Shown piece after piece: positions 1-16,898 of a DNA stretch of 64,000 nt (positions are counted from its first letter, which is position 1; every line of letters starts with the position of its first letter). The notes under the pieces were generated by a model. The model saw nothing but the letters and a program-made list of their open reading frames with translations. It was not told where the DNA came from and did not search any database. A program made the translations under genes and the position numbers. This DNA is from Chrysomallon squamiferum (lineage: Eukaryota > Animalia > Mollusca), in contig CM022677.1 in the NCBI GenBank assembly GCA_012295275.1, forward strand, positions 25,420,001 to 25,484,000, given 5' to 3'.

Positions 1-536
1 TATGCTACAGACTTATAGAGATGATGGTATCATCATGATGATCATCATCATCATTAAGTCTGTTAGCATAATCACCTTCATTACTATCATCATTCAGAAT
101 AACAATTTCTTTAAATGATTATACATTTTAGAATTTTAATAAAATGCCATTGAAAACTCAAATAACGGTTAAGATAATGGGGATGATAATGAGTTAGTGA
201 TAATGAATTTTACACAGTCACAAGTTTTAAGTAAACAAAATATTAATAGTAAAAGTTGTTTTGTGTTGTAATAGCAGAAGTTGACATAAAGCAAGCAACC
301 ATGTAGCAAAAGCAACAAGCGCTGAAGTAGTAGTAGAAATAGTAGAAGTCGTAGAAGTAATAGTAGCAGCAGCATCAACACTTGTAGCAGTAGCAGTAGT
401 AGTAGTTGTAGCTGTAGTAATGGTAGTAGTAGTCGTTGTAGCATTAACAGTAGGTTTAGTAGTAGTGGTTAATAGTAGTAGTAGCAGTAGTACTGGTCCT
501 AGTAGCAATAGTAGTGGTAGCAGTAGCAGCAGCAGC

Positions 537-572
<36 letters not shown>

Positions 573-1241
573 TGCCGAAGTAGTTATAGTGGTGGTAGAA
601 ACAGTAGCATTAACATTTCTAGCGGTAGTAATGATAAGAGTAGTATAGTAGTGGTAACAGCAGCAGTAATAGTAGTAACAGTAGTGGTAGTAAGAAAAAA
701 CGATACTAGTAGTAGCAGCAGTAGTAGCGATGGTAATAACAGTAGTAGCAGCAATAGTTGTTGTGGTAACTGCAGAACACAAGGAGGAAGACGAAAAAGA
801 AAACAGAGCACTTAGATTTATCTTTAATAACAAAACACAATCTAAAATTAACATTCTTACTTGAGATTGGATTTCCATTACCAAAACACCCCCGTACGCA
901 GGCTCCCTTCTGGTGTATCACTCAAAAAAAAAAATAACATGCTTAAGATGAGAGGAAAATTAACTGTTTTGTGAGACCATTTGCCGCTCCATCATGCAGA
1001 CGACAGAATTCAAAATGGCGGTATTACTTCCGCTGAAAAGCATGAGATACAGCAGATGGCACAGCAATGCATATTAATGGCAAATATATTTTTTATTCGA
1101 CGAACCGTGACATTGCTAGAGTTATTGGTCTTGTTTATAGGTTGTAACGGAAGTATTATCAGATACGCTTCATTAATTTCAGAAGATTAATAACCTCTGT
1201 TTTATGTTTCTTTCTCCTTCTTTTGTTGTTTCTTTTCTTTT

Positions 1242-1278
<37 letters not shown>

Positions 1279-3038
1279 CCCTCGGCTTAAAGATTCTGAA
1301 AACTTATAACAGATTTTAGGATTGTTATGAAAAGAAATCTTTTAAAATGAAGTATATTTTTTTTTTTTTTTTTCTTTCTTTTGTTTATTTCTTTTTAATT
1401 TTTTTTTTTAATTTTATTATTATTTTTTTTTTTACGTTTTTATTTTTCATTTTGCTTTTTAAATATATATTTTAACGTGTTAAACGAGAAAAGAAAACAT
1501 ATTATTTTTTTTATTTATGTATCATATTCGCACAATGATAATCTGCTAAACAGAAAACCACATGAAATGTAACTCCAAATCCCGCTTTACTTTTTTTTTT
1601 TTTTCTCAGTTGTCAGTGAAGTTGCAGAAAATCTCAGTTTTTACAATAACTGACACTGTGTTTTGTGTGCATCTATTAGTGAGGATTAAGCTGCCCACGA
1701 GAACTGAAGGTAATTTGGACTGTCGAGAAGAGTGTTCGTGTTCGGTTTGATTTTCAACAATAATGTCCCCCGGAGGACCAGGAATAAAACAACAAAAAAA
1801 AAAGAAAAATAACAACGAAGAATTAATGTCTGAGTTTTGAGAATTTTGTTTTTGTTTCTTGTGTGTGTGTATCGTGGAGATATTTTTTATTTAAAAAAAA
1901 AAAAAAATTCTTTTCACGTTTTGTTTTATAAATTTGGCGAGAAGTTAATTTCGTGAGGACGTGTTTCATTAATAATATTTCTTGTTAAAACCTTTTTTCA
2001 GTTTTTTTTAATTCTTTCTTCTTTATTTCTTAATTATTTTTTCTCTTATTCCTTTTTTCCATCTTTCTTCTTTTCTTTTTTTCTCTGTCTCTCTTTTTTC
2101 TTTTCTTTTCCTTTTTTTTTTTTCCCATTTTTTTTATCTTTATGATTGCTTCTCTCACTCTCTTTCTGTCTCTGTCTCCTGTTTGTTTTGTTTGTTTGTT
2201 TTTGTTTTTTTTATTTCTCTGTCTACATCCTGTATATCAGACTGTCTCTGTCTCGCTATGGCTCTCACAATTTATCTTTGTCTGACTTTCAAAACTGCAC
2301 GCTTTATTTATTCAGCTGCATAATGACTCACTGGGACTTTGTTAAATTATCAAACACAACACTTGCTGAAATAAAACTTATATCAATATATATTTTTTTT
2401 AAATACTGCATTCACACACCTACTCACTAGATAATCGTTATATTTAAATATACATTTCTTGACTTATTACAGTTCATCAAGAAAGTCATATTAACCTGAG
2501 ATATCTATTTCTTACTCTGCAGCTTTTAAACAGATATTATTTCTGTTCTACAGTGACGTTTACGTTAACATCACCGATACGTTGTAGTAGCTGTTGTTCA
2601 GTTCGTATCGTTCTCGGTAAGGTATTGGCGTAACGTCATTACGGACATAACAACGTCATCGATGTCATTGTATTTTTTTTTTTTTTTTCCTTCTTTCTCT
2701 GTGGAAATCGGAAGATCGACTGACACATTGGTGCGCATGCGCAGGTTTACACCCGAATGTCAAATCAATCAGGATCTTCACAGATTGTTTCCTTTTTTTT
2801 CTTTCCTCCCAAATAACCAGTCGAAGACGTCGATGTCGGCAAATTAGACAGCTCGTGCAGCGCGTGACAAATTGTTCACTGTAGACTTTTTTTTTTTTTT
2901 CTTCTTTTTTTTTTTTGCAAGTTATCGTTCTTTCCTCTGTTTCACACATGTCTCCTACTTCCTTTTTTTTATTTTTTTTTTTCCTTAGGTCTTCTTTTTA
3001 AAATCATTATTTCTCTGGTTTTACGTATCTCAAGCTTC

Positions 3039-3087
<49 letters not shown>

Positions 3088-3268
3088 TATTGATTTATTT
3101 ATTTTATTATTATTTTTAAAAAATATTTTTATAATTTTTTTTTTTTTTGTGGATATATTCAAAAATTATCATGGCAAGATATGGCAAAATTGGCTATTTC
3201 TGAAAGGATATTCACAAACGTAGATGCATGCATACATACATACATACATTCATACATACATACATACA

Positions 3269-3300
<32 letters not shown>

Positions 3301-5224
3301 CGGAACCATACGCATATATACATATATATATAAATACATTGATTCACCTATGCACTATATACACACATGCACACACGCACCCACAAATATAAACAAAAAC
3401 AATCCTATATTTCTGATATTCATTACTATGACGTCATAGTCAAGTTACAAGTAGCTGTATTTAGATTTCATGATCCATCATCGTCACCCATTATAACGTC
3501 ATCAGCTGCTCTCACACCTACAGAAGTGACGTATAATTACAACTCATGAATATTAATGAGCCTGATGACGTGGTTAACAGAGGAGTTGTAGTAACGGTAC
3601 ATACTTCAGAAACAGCGTGTAAATGTTTATTTAAGGACATTTTAATTTATCCCAACCACTTCTCAACTCTCACGTGGGTAAAATGACGCCATTGCGTTGC
3701 TTAGCAACGGAACGATTACCACGCATGTCACGCACAAGACCCTGAGATACAATCTAGAACGTCTCGACGTGCAAATCTCAGCAGATTAGTTCGTGTAATC
3801 CAGTACTCAGTCTGTGTAAACATTCGTCACGTGTTTAATATTCTGAGCAGTCCTTGTTGTGTGACAGGTGCTGTCAGTGTAATACCTCTGCGTTAAAAGT
3901 GACGTCTCTTGTGTATAAATGTAGGTTACGTTCATAATGATGATATTATACCAGTAATAATAATGATAATAATAATAGCAATAACAACAACATTAATAAT
4001 AACAGTAGTAGTAATAATAGTTACAACAACAACAACAATAGCGGTAGTAGTAGTAGTAGTAGTAGCAGTAGCAGTAGTACTAGTAGTAGTAGTAGTAGTA
4101 GCAGTAGTAGGTAGTTGTAGTAGTATAGTAGTAATAGTAGTGGTAGTAGCAGTTGTTGTTAGTAGTAGTGTAGTGGTTAGTAGTAGTAGCAGCAGTAGCA
4201 GTAGTAGCAGTAGTAGTAGTAGCAGTAGTACTAGTACTAGTAGTAATAGTAGTAGTAGTAGTAGTAGTAGTAATAGTAGTAGTAGTAGTAGTAGTAACTT
4301 TCATGCTTAGCATTGCAGATCAGAAATGGTCAACACCTGCTCAGACTTTCACGTTCAGAAAACGCTTTAAGTTTTTCTTCTTTGTGTAAATTTAACATCT
4401 TTACCAGAGAAACTGTTTCCCATATAAATCACAGAGATTTTCCAAACTGGAGCCTTCGACTTTTCTTGTCTTGTACAGCGTCACACGTGACCGGTCATAC
4501 TAAACGAGGTGTTACGTCACACGGCGAAATTTTGAGCGTATATCAACAACAGTAGTCGATTTGTTATTATTTTTTTTAAATTAAAAAAATTTAATATGCT
4601 GCTCAAAGTAGAGTATATTTAAACTTCATCTCTTTCATCCAGTGATGAAATTGATAGACATTAATCCTAAGATGAGTTTCAGAGCTTTTTTTTTTTTTTT
4701 TTTAACTTTTTCATTTGCTGCTCGCAAGAAACTCTCCATATTGTCTGGATATAAATGGCCGCATATCTGGCCCTAAACTTGATACATAGATGAATGAGGC
4801 ATCGAGATGAATCTTTTCTCTCTGCCGAAATGCGACTTAAGACTTGATTCGATGTGAAGGGTCACACATATATACTCGAGCACCTTTTCGTACTCCGTGT
4901 ATGTAAAAAGCCAGGTTGAATGAACGAAACTGAAGAGTGAGTAATTCCGCGACATACATTACCGTGCAGTCTGTTATTTCGATGCAGACTCGCGCTTACT
5001 GACTCGTAAATGCAAATATTAACATGGGTGTTGAAAACGTTCAATAATTTATTTGTTAAAAGACAACACGAGGCTGTATTAAAAGGATCGGTTACGCAAC
5101 GTGATGCCCGTTAAAAGAAATAATGAGGAAGTGAATGGAAAACAGATGCAGAAAAAAAAAAAACGAAAAAAAAAAAAAAAAGAGAAAAAGTGATAGAGTA
5201 GAATAAAATGAATTAGATATCTTC

Positions 5225-5242
5225 TGTCTATCTATCTATCTG

Positions 5243-5309
<67 letters not shown>

Positions 5310-5310
5310 G

Positions 5311-5403
<93 letters not shown>

Positions 5404-5450
5404 ATAACTGCCTGTCTATCTATCTATCTGTCTGTCTGTCTGTCTGTATA
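5225..5450. repeat. (TCTA)n microsatellite
   Basis: Directly visible. Confidence 0.93.
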
Positions 5451-6033
5451 TCTATGTAGATGGACACACATATGTGTTTGTGTATATGTATGTATATAGA
5501 TATATACATATATAAATAGACTGATAGATAGATAGAAATAAATTGTGAAGCTATAGAAGGAGAGAGATTACAAAACAGAGAAAGGGGATGTGTAAGAGAG
5601 AGAATGATATATGTATGTGCTGGAGATAGAGAATGTGAAACAGAGATATTGAACGAGAAAGGAAGAGAGAAAGAGATTGTTTGTTTTTATCTGTTTGTTT
5701 ATTTATTTTTGGATTCAATTATAATTATTGATTTATTTACTTACTTATTATCTTTATTTTTCTATTTTTTTCATTTCTTTTTTTTTTCAGTATTTGATTT
5801 TTATTTGTTTGTTTTTTTTTCATTTCTTTTTTTATTTTTTTTTTATTTTATTTTTTTTTTTTTATTTTTTGTTCTTTTATTTCATCAAAAGTAATTTTAT
5901 GAAAGGAAAAATAAATGAAACAAACACAGTTCAACCAGCAAACGAACGCAGAATGAAATATTCTTACTACTACCACTACTACTACTACTACCACTACTAC
6001 TACTACTACCACTACTACTACTACTACTACTAG

Positions 6034-6080
<47 letters not shown>

Positions 6081-6590
6081 ATACTACTACTACTACTACC
6101 ACTACTAGTACTAGAACTATCACTCTACCACAACTACTATCACCACAACTAATACGACTACTACTACCATTAATGCTACTACAACTACCACAACAACGAC
6201 CACCATTACCGCTACTACACTACTATTTCTATTACTGTTATTACTACTACTAATACTAATACTAATACTACTGCTACTATAGTACCACTACTGCTGCTAA
6301 ACTACTACTACAGCTACTACTGCTGCTATTGTTACTACTAAATAACAGTTACTATCGTTTCCATTGAAACTTGTATTATTAATGTACGTGCTGAATATAA
6401 AATAACTTTTAATAACGGTCATTGAACTCATATATAACTCATATGTAACTCATATTTAACTCATATTTACCTGATTCAGTCCCACCCAAACGTTGTAAAC
6501 TTCTTTATTTATGATTATTAATCTCAACTCAACAGGTGATCTCTTTTACCTGCGTAGATATCGTAATTTATTGTACAGGTAAATTATTTA

Positions 6591-6689
<99 letters not shown>

Positions 6690-7537
6690 TATTTATTTGT
6701 TTTATTTATTTATTTTAAGTGTGGATTTGCTTAAGGCTTTTTATTATAATATCTACTTCGTATCAGTGCCAGGCAAAAATTTTAATGTACTCGGCAAAAG
6801 AAAGACATAGTAACTGTAGTAGCAATATTAACAATAGTAATAGTATGTAGTAGTAGTAGTAGTAGTAGTAGTAATAGTAAAGTAGTAATAGTGTAGTAGT
6901 AGTAGTATATGTAACAGTAGTAGTATTAAAAGCAAATGTAGTAATAGTATTTATGGCAAAGTAGTAATAGGGGTGGTCGTAGTTGCTGCGCTGGCATCTG
7001 TAACATCAGCACAATAATTTAAAAAATAATAATTAAAAGACAATAACGAAATTTAGAAAAACAAAATAAACCCAACCCAAATTTCAGAAACGCTGAGAGC
7101 GGACTAGAATGAATCAAACGAAGAAGGTAAATGACGAAAGAGAACGAACGAGAAAGCAAAACGTACACGAAATGAGAAAGGAAACATGTCTAACGAAGGC
7201 CAAAACGGGAACTGTGTCTCCGTGAGAAATTCTCTGCTACGTTAATCAGATTTCTCACCACGTTTGTTTCCTCTCCTAATTAGAAACAGCGCGTCACAGT
7301 GACGTCACGTGAAGTTAAATTGTGTTACTTGAAGTTCATTTTAAGACTACACATTTAGAAACCAAGGACAAAAAAAGACAAATGTTTTTCGTTATTTACG
7401 TTATTGTGATTTGTTGTGTATCCTGAACTGGCGACATATATATCTATATATATGTAGTTACATTAGCTCTTTTCCTTTTTGAGTCATTTTATTTTGTTTC
7501 TCTTGTTTTTACTTTTTTCTCTTTTTTCTTTTCTTTC

Positions 7538-7635
<98 letters not shown>

Positions 7636-7989
7636 AATCTTCTGCTTGATTTTCAAACCTAACAATGTCGTCTTCAGTTAACGTAACCTCACAACATTAC
7701 TATTCGGTTTAGCAGCGTCAAATACTATTTCTTTCACAACAATTACCATTTTAACCTTGTATTCTTGACTCAGATTTTCTTGTTAAATCCAGATGATATC
7801 TTATCTATTCTCTGTAACAGAGTTTCGCTTCACAAATCCATCGCGACTTTTGTACGTGATCGAAATTCCTTTTCGTTTTCCCTTCTGTGTTCTTTCTTAT
7901 ACGCTTCCTTTCTTCCTTTTGTATCGCTCCAACTCATTCGTTTTATTCTCTCGTTTTTTTTCTTCCTACATGCTTTATTTTGATGTCCT

Positions 7990-8243
<254 letters not shown>

Positions 8244-8278
8244 CATATACTTGATTCGATCAAGATATATATGAGTAT

Positions 8279-8309
<31 letters not shown>

Positions 8310-8984
8310 AGTGTGTGTGTGTATTATCATCAGGAGGATTCAGTAAAACCCAGTACAAAGATTAGTATCACTGACACAACCAGTGTCATCATCGAATCAC
8401 TCTTCTCGTCTCTCTTTTTTTTTGTCACTTCAACTTACATGACGCTGGATGCCGGTGCTCTACATTTCACGGTGGAAATCACGCGCAGCGAAGCGCGAAA
8501 TTGCCAGTTTATTCCATAACGCGACCTGAATATAAAGACTTTATTTGTTGTTAGGAAAGTAATTTCGTTACATGAATTCCATAAAACACACGGGGTTAGT
8601 ACTATTTTCTTTTTTTTTTTTTTTTTTTTTTCTATAAAGCTATCCTCAACCTTGTTACTGCCAGTGTCTCCGCACACACGCTTGTTACAATGGGCGGGCA
8701 AATTGTGTCAGCGTAACATTATTAGTTACCAGTCGTGGGTCTGTTCGTGACCAATGAAATGTCGAGACCCCAGTGTTAGAGGACTACCAGTCTAATTTCA
8801 GATTTTCACGACGCTAGGTGGCCTCCAGCTGTGTTTGTATGACGAACAGTAATGATGTTTCATGAGGTCTTAACTTGCATGTAGACTGCGTTCAGTGGTA
8901 AAAGTACGCTAAACGTGGGTCTGATATTTCTGGCCGTTTATTTGAGAAAACAGGTGGCAAAATTGTTTCTGATGTTGTGTGTTA

Positions 8985-9053
<69 letters not shown>

Positions 9054-9830
9054 CTCGGACATATATGTGCAGGTGTAGGTGCAAATGAATGCAAATGTAT
9101 GCACGTGCTTGCACTGGCACAGGCACCAATTAGTACACAAAAATACATACGTAAACACACGAGCATACACATACACGCACAAAATATACATATATACTTA
9201 CTTGGACTTTGTCCTCCTGCGCCAGTGCGTTACTCAATTTTGTCTGTGTGCAGAGTCTAATCAGACGTACGTACATAAGATAGAGGATATTCAAATCCTA
9301 ATATATATCCATGCATTCATGTGTGTGTGTGTGTGTGTGTGTGTGCAGATTAACTGTTATGTTTTTGATGATATCACGAAAGACATTTGACGTCACTCCT
9401 ACCAATGGTTACTCCTACCAGTGAACAGCAAGACGGACGTAACTAATATTCGCCAGAAATAAACGTCACTGTCGCTGTGAAGAATCTTTTACTTGCACCT
9501 GCGAAATATAAGAAGACACAGCACGTAACTGTTTTATGTCAGGTTAGCTATGGAATATTAGCTTTAATGGGAAATAGCCCAGATTGTCCTCTGTCAAGAT
9601 TTGAGCCTAATTACGAGGACAACTCAAACAAGACTTTTAAATTTTTTCTTTCTTCTGTTCCATGTTGATGTTTAGTCATTTATTTTTATGTAAATATTTT
9701 TCATTTATTTATTTATTTATTTACTTATTTCTGTTTATTCATTGTTGTTGTTGTAGTTGTTATTGTTGTTGCTCTTGTTGTTATATTATTATTATTATCA
9801 TAATTATCATCATCATTATTCTTATTGTGA

Positions 9831-9901
<71 letters not shown>

Positions 9902-10309
9902 GTTAATTCTTGATTTTGTTTCAGTATTTTTTGTTTGTTTTTGCTATTTCTCATTCCCTCTTTAGTTTGTTATTTTTTTTTACGGTGGCCGATTTTTTAC
10001 TGATATTTTTTCTCTTTCTTTTTTTTCCTTTTGAAATCTAAACTGTTTTATAAGAAATGGAAAATGAAAAGCTTGAAACTTAAGGTTGGCAGTGAACTGT
10101 TTTAACGTGATGGTTTCTCACAGAAATGAAAGTTTTGGCCTCAGCTGTGAGAAAAAGGATTACTCTGAATCAGGGGAGAGTTAAGAAGTCAAACACAGGA
10201 TTATGTAGCTGTCGTCTTAAAACATTTCTAAATTTGTACACACAGAAATACGACAAACAGAATATGTAATGTGACAGATGTGTTAATTGTATTGTACCTT
10301 CATTTTAGG

Positions 10310-10429
<120 letters not shown>

Positions 10430-10783
10430 TTTCTCTCTCCATATATCAGTGATTCATTCACTGAACACCCAGTCGCAGATAGTTCCTGTCTTTTACAGAT
10501 CTCTATCATCTTCGTAGCTAGACGCATAATTAGAAAATAGATAGAAAGATACAAATACTGACATCTTATAGACGTATGTACTTACAGACAGACAGATGTA
10601 GAGTCTAAATAGATAGACTATTTATGTATACAGACAGACAGACAGATAGAAAGACAGGTAGACAGATAGAGATACAAAAGGAACTGTAGGAGAGTTATAA
10701 GAGAGACAGAGAAAGAAACAGAAAGGAGAGTAAAAAAGACAGTAAAATGTGAAGAAGAAAAGAAGAAAGAAAAGGAACGCTGC

Positions 10784-10894
<111 letters not shown>

Positions 10895-11962
10895 CAGAGA
10901 GAGAGAGAAAAAGAGAGAGAGAGAGATACGTAACACAGAACATTTTTATGAAACCATATGCAATATGTTCGTACGACAACAGAACAGAAAACATATCTGA
11001 ATAACCTTCCGCACGTGAAACTATCAGCTGCGACTTGCTGATGAGTTTTTAATCTACCTACGTGTTTGCTAATTGAACCTGGCTTCATCTTCCAGCTAAC
11101 ATCATCAACCCAGACTCTTATTACCCGAATCAAACAGAACCGTCATTTTCAAATCGAGTCTCCGGCATTATCAATCTGTGATTCAAGACCTTTCATTTGT
11201 AACCGTCCAGCTAACACCCAGTTCGCTTATTAAGATACAAATACGTCTATATTTTCAAGTAGAAAGTCCATTTGATCCCCGGGAGAGAGGCAATTGAGAG
11301 TGTTACACCAGTGTAAGTGCACGAGTCGAGGGAGAAATGAAGAATATGTTTATTAATCAGTCGATCTTTATTTCCTCCGAGACTGGAGATTTTCACTCCG
11401 TCCGCAGAAATCGTCTGCCCTCATCTAGACTGGTTGCTTCGTTTCGTATTCCGACGACAGATGTTAATTTTACGCGCAGCTGCATTTTTATCGAGGTTAA
11501 TTGCCCTTGTCCGAGTCCGAGGTCCGGTTCGGCGTTGATGGTTTATACAGTAAATGGGTTAGTAGGCAAATGAGCTGTATATTGTACAGTTAACTTTTTT
11601 TGTGTCGTCTCACTGGTCAGTAAAATTCTGATTTTTATATATATATATATATATATTCTGAATTTGTAGCAAATTAGCAGTAATACTATGACGTCATGTA
11701 GTATGGTTTGGAAAACTGGTGACGTCATGGAGAGTGATAAAAAAAACGTACGAGTGTCACGTTCTACTCAAGTTGTAGATACAAATTGTTATTTCCTTTG
11801 GTTTGACGTTTACTAGGCGTTTTCAAACAAAACAACAAAACACTTACAACAATAGGCGCACTCGACGCATATATACTGCAGATGTTCTTTCTACTAATGC
11901 TTCTGCTGTTTCTATTTTTATTACTACTTCTATACAACTAATACCACTACTACTACTATCAC

Positions 11963-12017
<55 letters not shown>

Positions 12018-12469
12018 CACGATGAACGTTCTCATACAGAAAAATCAAAACAGCTGAAAATCGTACATTTTACAAAACAAATCGGCTTTCAATAAGACCT
12101 TTCATGTTGTCGTCGTCGTTGCGATTATCAGTGTTGACACAACGTAAACCCGTCTACTTTACCTATCACTGTTTTCTGCAATAAAAACCATCTAGCAAAT
12201 TACGCGACACAACTGTGAAATTATCTGTAACGGCCAGAGTCCATATTGCTGTCAAATCTCTCTCAGACGGAGAAAGCCTTAACGTGTTATACCCAATCAG
12301 AAACCGCGACTCAACAAATTATCAGCCAATAACGGAATTGCTTACAGGATCATGTTACTCGCCGGAGCAAATTGCTGTAATTATTTCGTTAAGCTGTAAA
12401 TGTACGAGGTGTTGTTTGAAATAACACTCTAAGCAGTGAGTGCTATTTCAAGTAATATAAAAACAGTGT

Positions 12470-12501
<32 letters not shown>

Positions 12502-13273
12502 TTATATATGCTAGTGATAACGAACTGTATTGTATAGCCTAGACACGCGAGAAATCAAATGTAGAAAAAAAAAATGAAATGAATAAAATAAAAAACATAT
12601 CTTGTTTTCTTTCTCTTTAATTCTTCTTCTTCTTCTTCTTCTTCTTTCTTAATAATAAAAATAATAGTACTAGGGATGATAATAATAGTAGTAAGAGTAA
12701 TAATAACAAAAACATTTCGACAACAACAACTATAATAACTACAGCATCATCAACGATGTTAATAATAATAATCATAATGATAATAATAATAATAAAGATG
12801 ATGATGATGATGATGATGATAATAATAATAAGAAGAAGAAGAAGAAGAAGAAAAACAACAGCAGGAGTAGTAGAAGTAATCTGAAATTTCACTTCAAATG
12901 TTACTGAATCGCAGGTATCATATAAATACGTGACAAATTTATAACATGGTTAAACATTACACCTACCTACTCACATACACATGCATAAATAAATACATAC
13001 ACACGCACACACACACATACACACATACACAGTCAAACACATTTAATTCTTTCCTTGGTCAAATTTCTGTTTGACCCACATATTTTTCTAACAGCTGCAC
13101 TCATGTTGTTTTGACCTAGAAGTATGCAGTTCTATCTGTCTGTAAAAATATTTGTTTTCCATCATCTCACGAATTAAAACAACAGTTGTGAATCTGCCGA
13201 TGTTTTGTCTTAGCGTAGAGAATATATCTTCTGTATGTTTCTTTTGTGTTCGTTTACACTGTTTGCTTATTTA

Positions 13274-13386
<113 letters not shown>

Positions 13387-13427
13387 GTTATCTGCATTAT
13401 ATATACATATTTAATTGATCTCTTTTT

Positions 13428-13504
<77 letters not shown>

Positions 13505-14528
13505 CCTCCCTCCCTCCCTCCCTCCCTCTCCGTTATCTGCATAATATATATATATATATATATATATATTTAATTGATCTCTTTTTATAATCTTTCTCTC
13601 TCGCTTTTTCTCTCTTTCAGTGTCTCTGTGTGTTTATTTGTTTGTTTGTCTTTCTCTTTTTTTTTACTTATTTTAGTTTAGTTTTCTTACTTCCAGATTC
13701 CTTTAGAGTATTTGTTTTTCTTTCTTTCGCTCTTTTCTCTGTAGATGTTTTCATACCTTTTAATCGACTCTCACATTTGTTCTCACTGTTTTAAAACCAA
13801 CATTTGTGGAACTGTTCCGTATCATTTTAAAGTAATCCAGACAATTGTTAAAACAAATGTTTACCCAAGCACGTGTCCTTATCTTTCTGCACGTAGGTTT
13901 TTTTCTTCTATTTTTTTTATTTTATTTATTTTTTATATATATATTTATTTTAGTTTTTTCTTCTTTTTGTATTTCTATGCTTTTTTTCCCCTTTTTTTCC
14001 TTTTTTTTTTTTTTTTTTTTTTTTTGTAACAGGTGCAAAACACCTCCTTTAATTTTTTTTTTTTTTTGTTTTTTTTTTACAATTACTTAGTTTTCCATTA
14101 AAATATATTTACATCTCGGGAAAGTTTTTTTTTTTTTTAATTTTCTTTCCACAGCTTTGTGAAATGTCTTTAACAATTACCTGTTATCACCTGCAGACAG
14201 GTAAACATTACCTGTGTTGTGACTCAGATTCTAATCAATTCACCTGCACTCACCTCAAACTTTCTTTCTTCTTTTTTCTTTCATTCTTTATTACTTTCTC
14301 TCCTTACTATTCCTTTCTTTCTTTTCTTTCTTCTCAGTTTTGTTTATCCTTTTCCTACTTATTTTTCTTTCTTTCTTCAGTTATCATCATCATCATCATC
14401 ATTAATGTTATTGTTATTGCTATTACTACTATTCCTACTACTACTACTACCACTACCGCAACTACGACCATTACATCTACTACATCCACTATCAGCACCA
14501 CCACTGCTACTACTAACACTACCCCTAT

Positions 14529-14560
<32 letters not shown>

Positions 14561-16102
14561 TAACCACCACCACCACCATTACCACCCTACAACAACAACA
14601 ACAACAACTACTACTACTACTACTACTACTATAACCACCACCACCACCATCACCACCCTACAACAACAACAACAACTACTACTACTATTACCACTACTAC
14701 TACTACTACTATTACCACCACTACTACTACCAAAGAGTATAAATATGCCTGTATGGCACTCAGAATACAGCGACAATTAGAACTTCTATTACAGCCATAG
14801 GTATACAACAACAATGGCCAATACTACTACTACTGCTACCACTTCTACTACAACTATTACAATTACTTATACTACAACTACTATTATATTTATTACTATT
14901 ATTTTGCTGTTGCTATTAATAATGTTAGTTATTCCTATTATTGCTACTAATATTAGAACAACAACAACAACTACTACTACTACTACTACTTCTACTACTA
15001 CTACTACTACAACTACTACTACTATTACTACCAATAATGTTACCAACTACTAATATTATTACTGCTACTTTAATTACTACTGCTATTATTGCTACTACTA
15101 CTACCACTACCACCACCACCACTACACAACACCTACTACTACGACTACTACTGCTACTACTACTAACTGTGCAGTCACGCAGACACTGTGAAACGTTTCT
15201 CTCGTCTTATTGACACACACAGCGACCGTGAACTCACACAGCTTTCAGCAACTGTCACGGCAGTATTGGTTTTCTAATCAAACCTTTCCACTCTTCATTA
15301 GCAACCATTCCCACGACACCGGGGTCGTTTCTCGGGTCACCGGCATCTCAAGTACGACGTCGTTCTTGAATGCTGACGTCCTCGCTGTCGTGCTGCGTCG
15401 TCTTTCTGTGTCTTTTCAACTGATGACCCCGTAGAAGTCACTATTCTTCTCTCTCTCTTCGGCAACGACAACGATGTGCCCGTTCTCTCTTTAAGACGTT
15501 GGCGCTGTCACCATCAACGTCGTTCTATATATATATTTTTTTAGCTAATGAGTATGTCGTCGTCGTTGACATTCTCGTCTCTTTGAAGTGATGATCGTAT
15601 TCGCTGTCGTTGTTGTCCTTCTCTTTCATCCGATGACCCCCGTGGCTGCTGTCTCTTTTATGTGTTTTAGTTAATTAACGTTTTTCGCGACGACAGCGTT
15701 CACGTCACGCCCCGGCTGTGTTTTCATCATCGCAGTTGATTTGTTTTTCTAATGTAAAAACTCGGTTTTACTGGCCGCATGTGGTGTCTCGGGATAAATC
15801 AGTCACTGACAGAGAGATATATATACATACGTGCGTCAGTCCGTTCTTGTGTGCGTCTGTGCTTTAAATACAACAGAAAAAAAAAATGTCAGAAAGGTAA
15901 TTTACTAGTCACGCACGCACGCTCAGACATATACAGACAAACACACATATATATACAGAAATACACACACTTTTGCATGCATATATACGTACAAACGTTT
16001 TATTACACAAACGCACACACGAAAACTGGTGTTAGAGAAACAAGTGTGCAGTCGCTCTTTCTTATTGCTGAAAATGTATTGCTTTGATAATGTTTGAGTT
16101 TT

Positions 16103-16204
<102 letters not shown>

Positions 16205-16736
16205 AAAAATGTTTTGGCACCCTTCTATATATGTCCCTCCCGCCCCTAGAAAAGCAAATAGCTTGGCTATTCCGTGCATAGATTATATCTGTTTTCTTTT
16301 AGTCAATATTTGCACCTTATCTGTAATCTTCATTTACGAAATATTCGTTTTCACAAAGGAAGATATACACAAGATATATGCACCTCTATGGATGTTCAGT
16401 AAATAGAAACAGGTATCTATTTTTATTTTATTCTTTTTTCTATCCTTCCCTCTGTCATTCATTGTTTTTTCTTCTTTTCTTTATTTTTATCTTATTTTTG
16501 TTTTCTTCTTGTTTTTTTTTTTTTTGTTATAGCTATTTCAGTTTCCATCATCATTAATCTGTCATAAAATCCTGACATCCCGAATTTTTTTTTTTATTAT
16601 TATTAATGAAAATAAACCAATTACCTGTAATGGTTTTAATCAAACAATGTGATTACTGTCAGGTGTGATTACCAGTGGTCACAGACAGAAGGTCACAAAG
16701 TCACAGTGGGTTACAAGGAAGGGGAAGATTGAGGGA

Positions 16737-16824
<88 letters not shown>

Positions 16825-16898
16825 AAAATATCGTTAATAATCTGATTACTAAAAATGTACGAATATAAAAACACTCTGAGAGAGAGAGAGAGAGAGAG

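Noticed and set aside
11090-11235. Short open stretch after a cag, considered as a missing GC exon
   Set aside because: No resemblance to an ANF-receptor ectodomain and no convincing donor before the stop.
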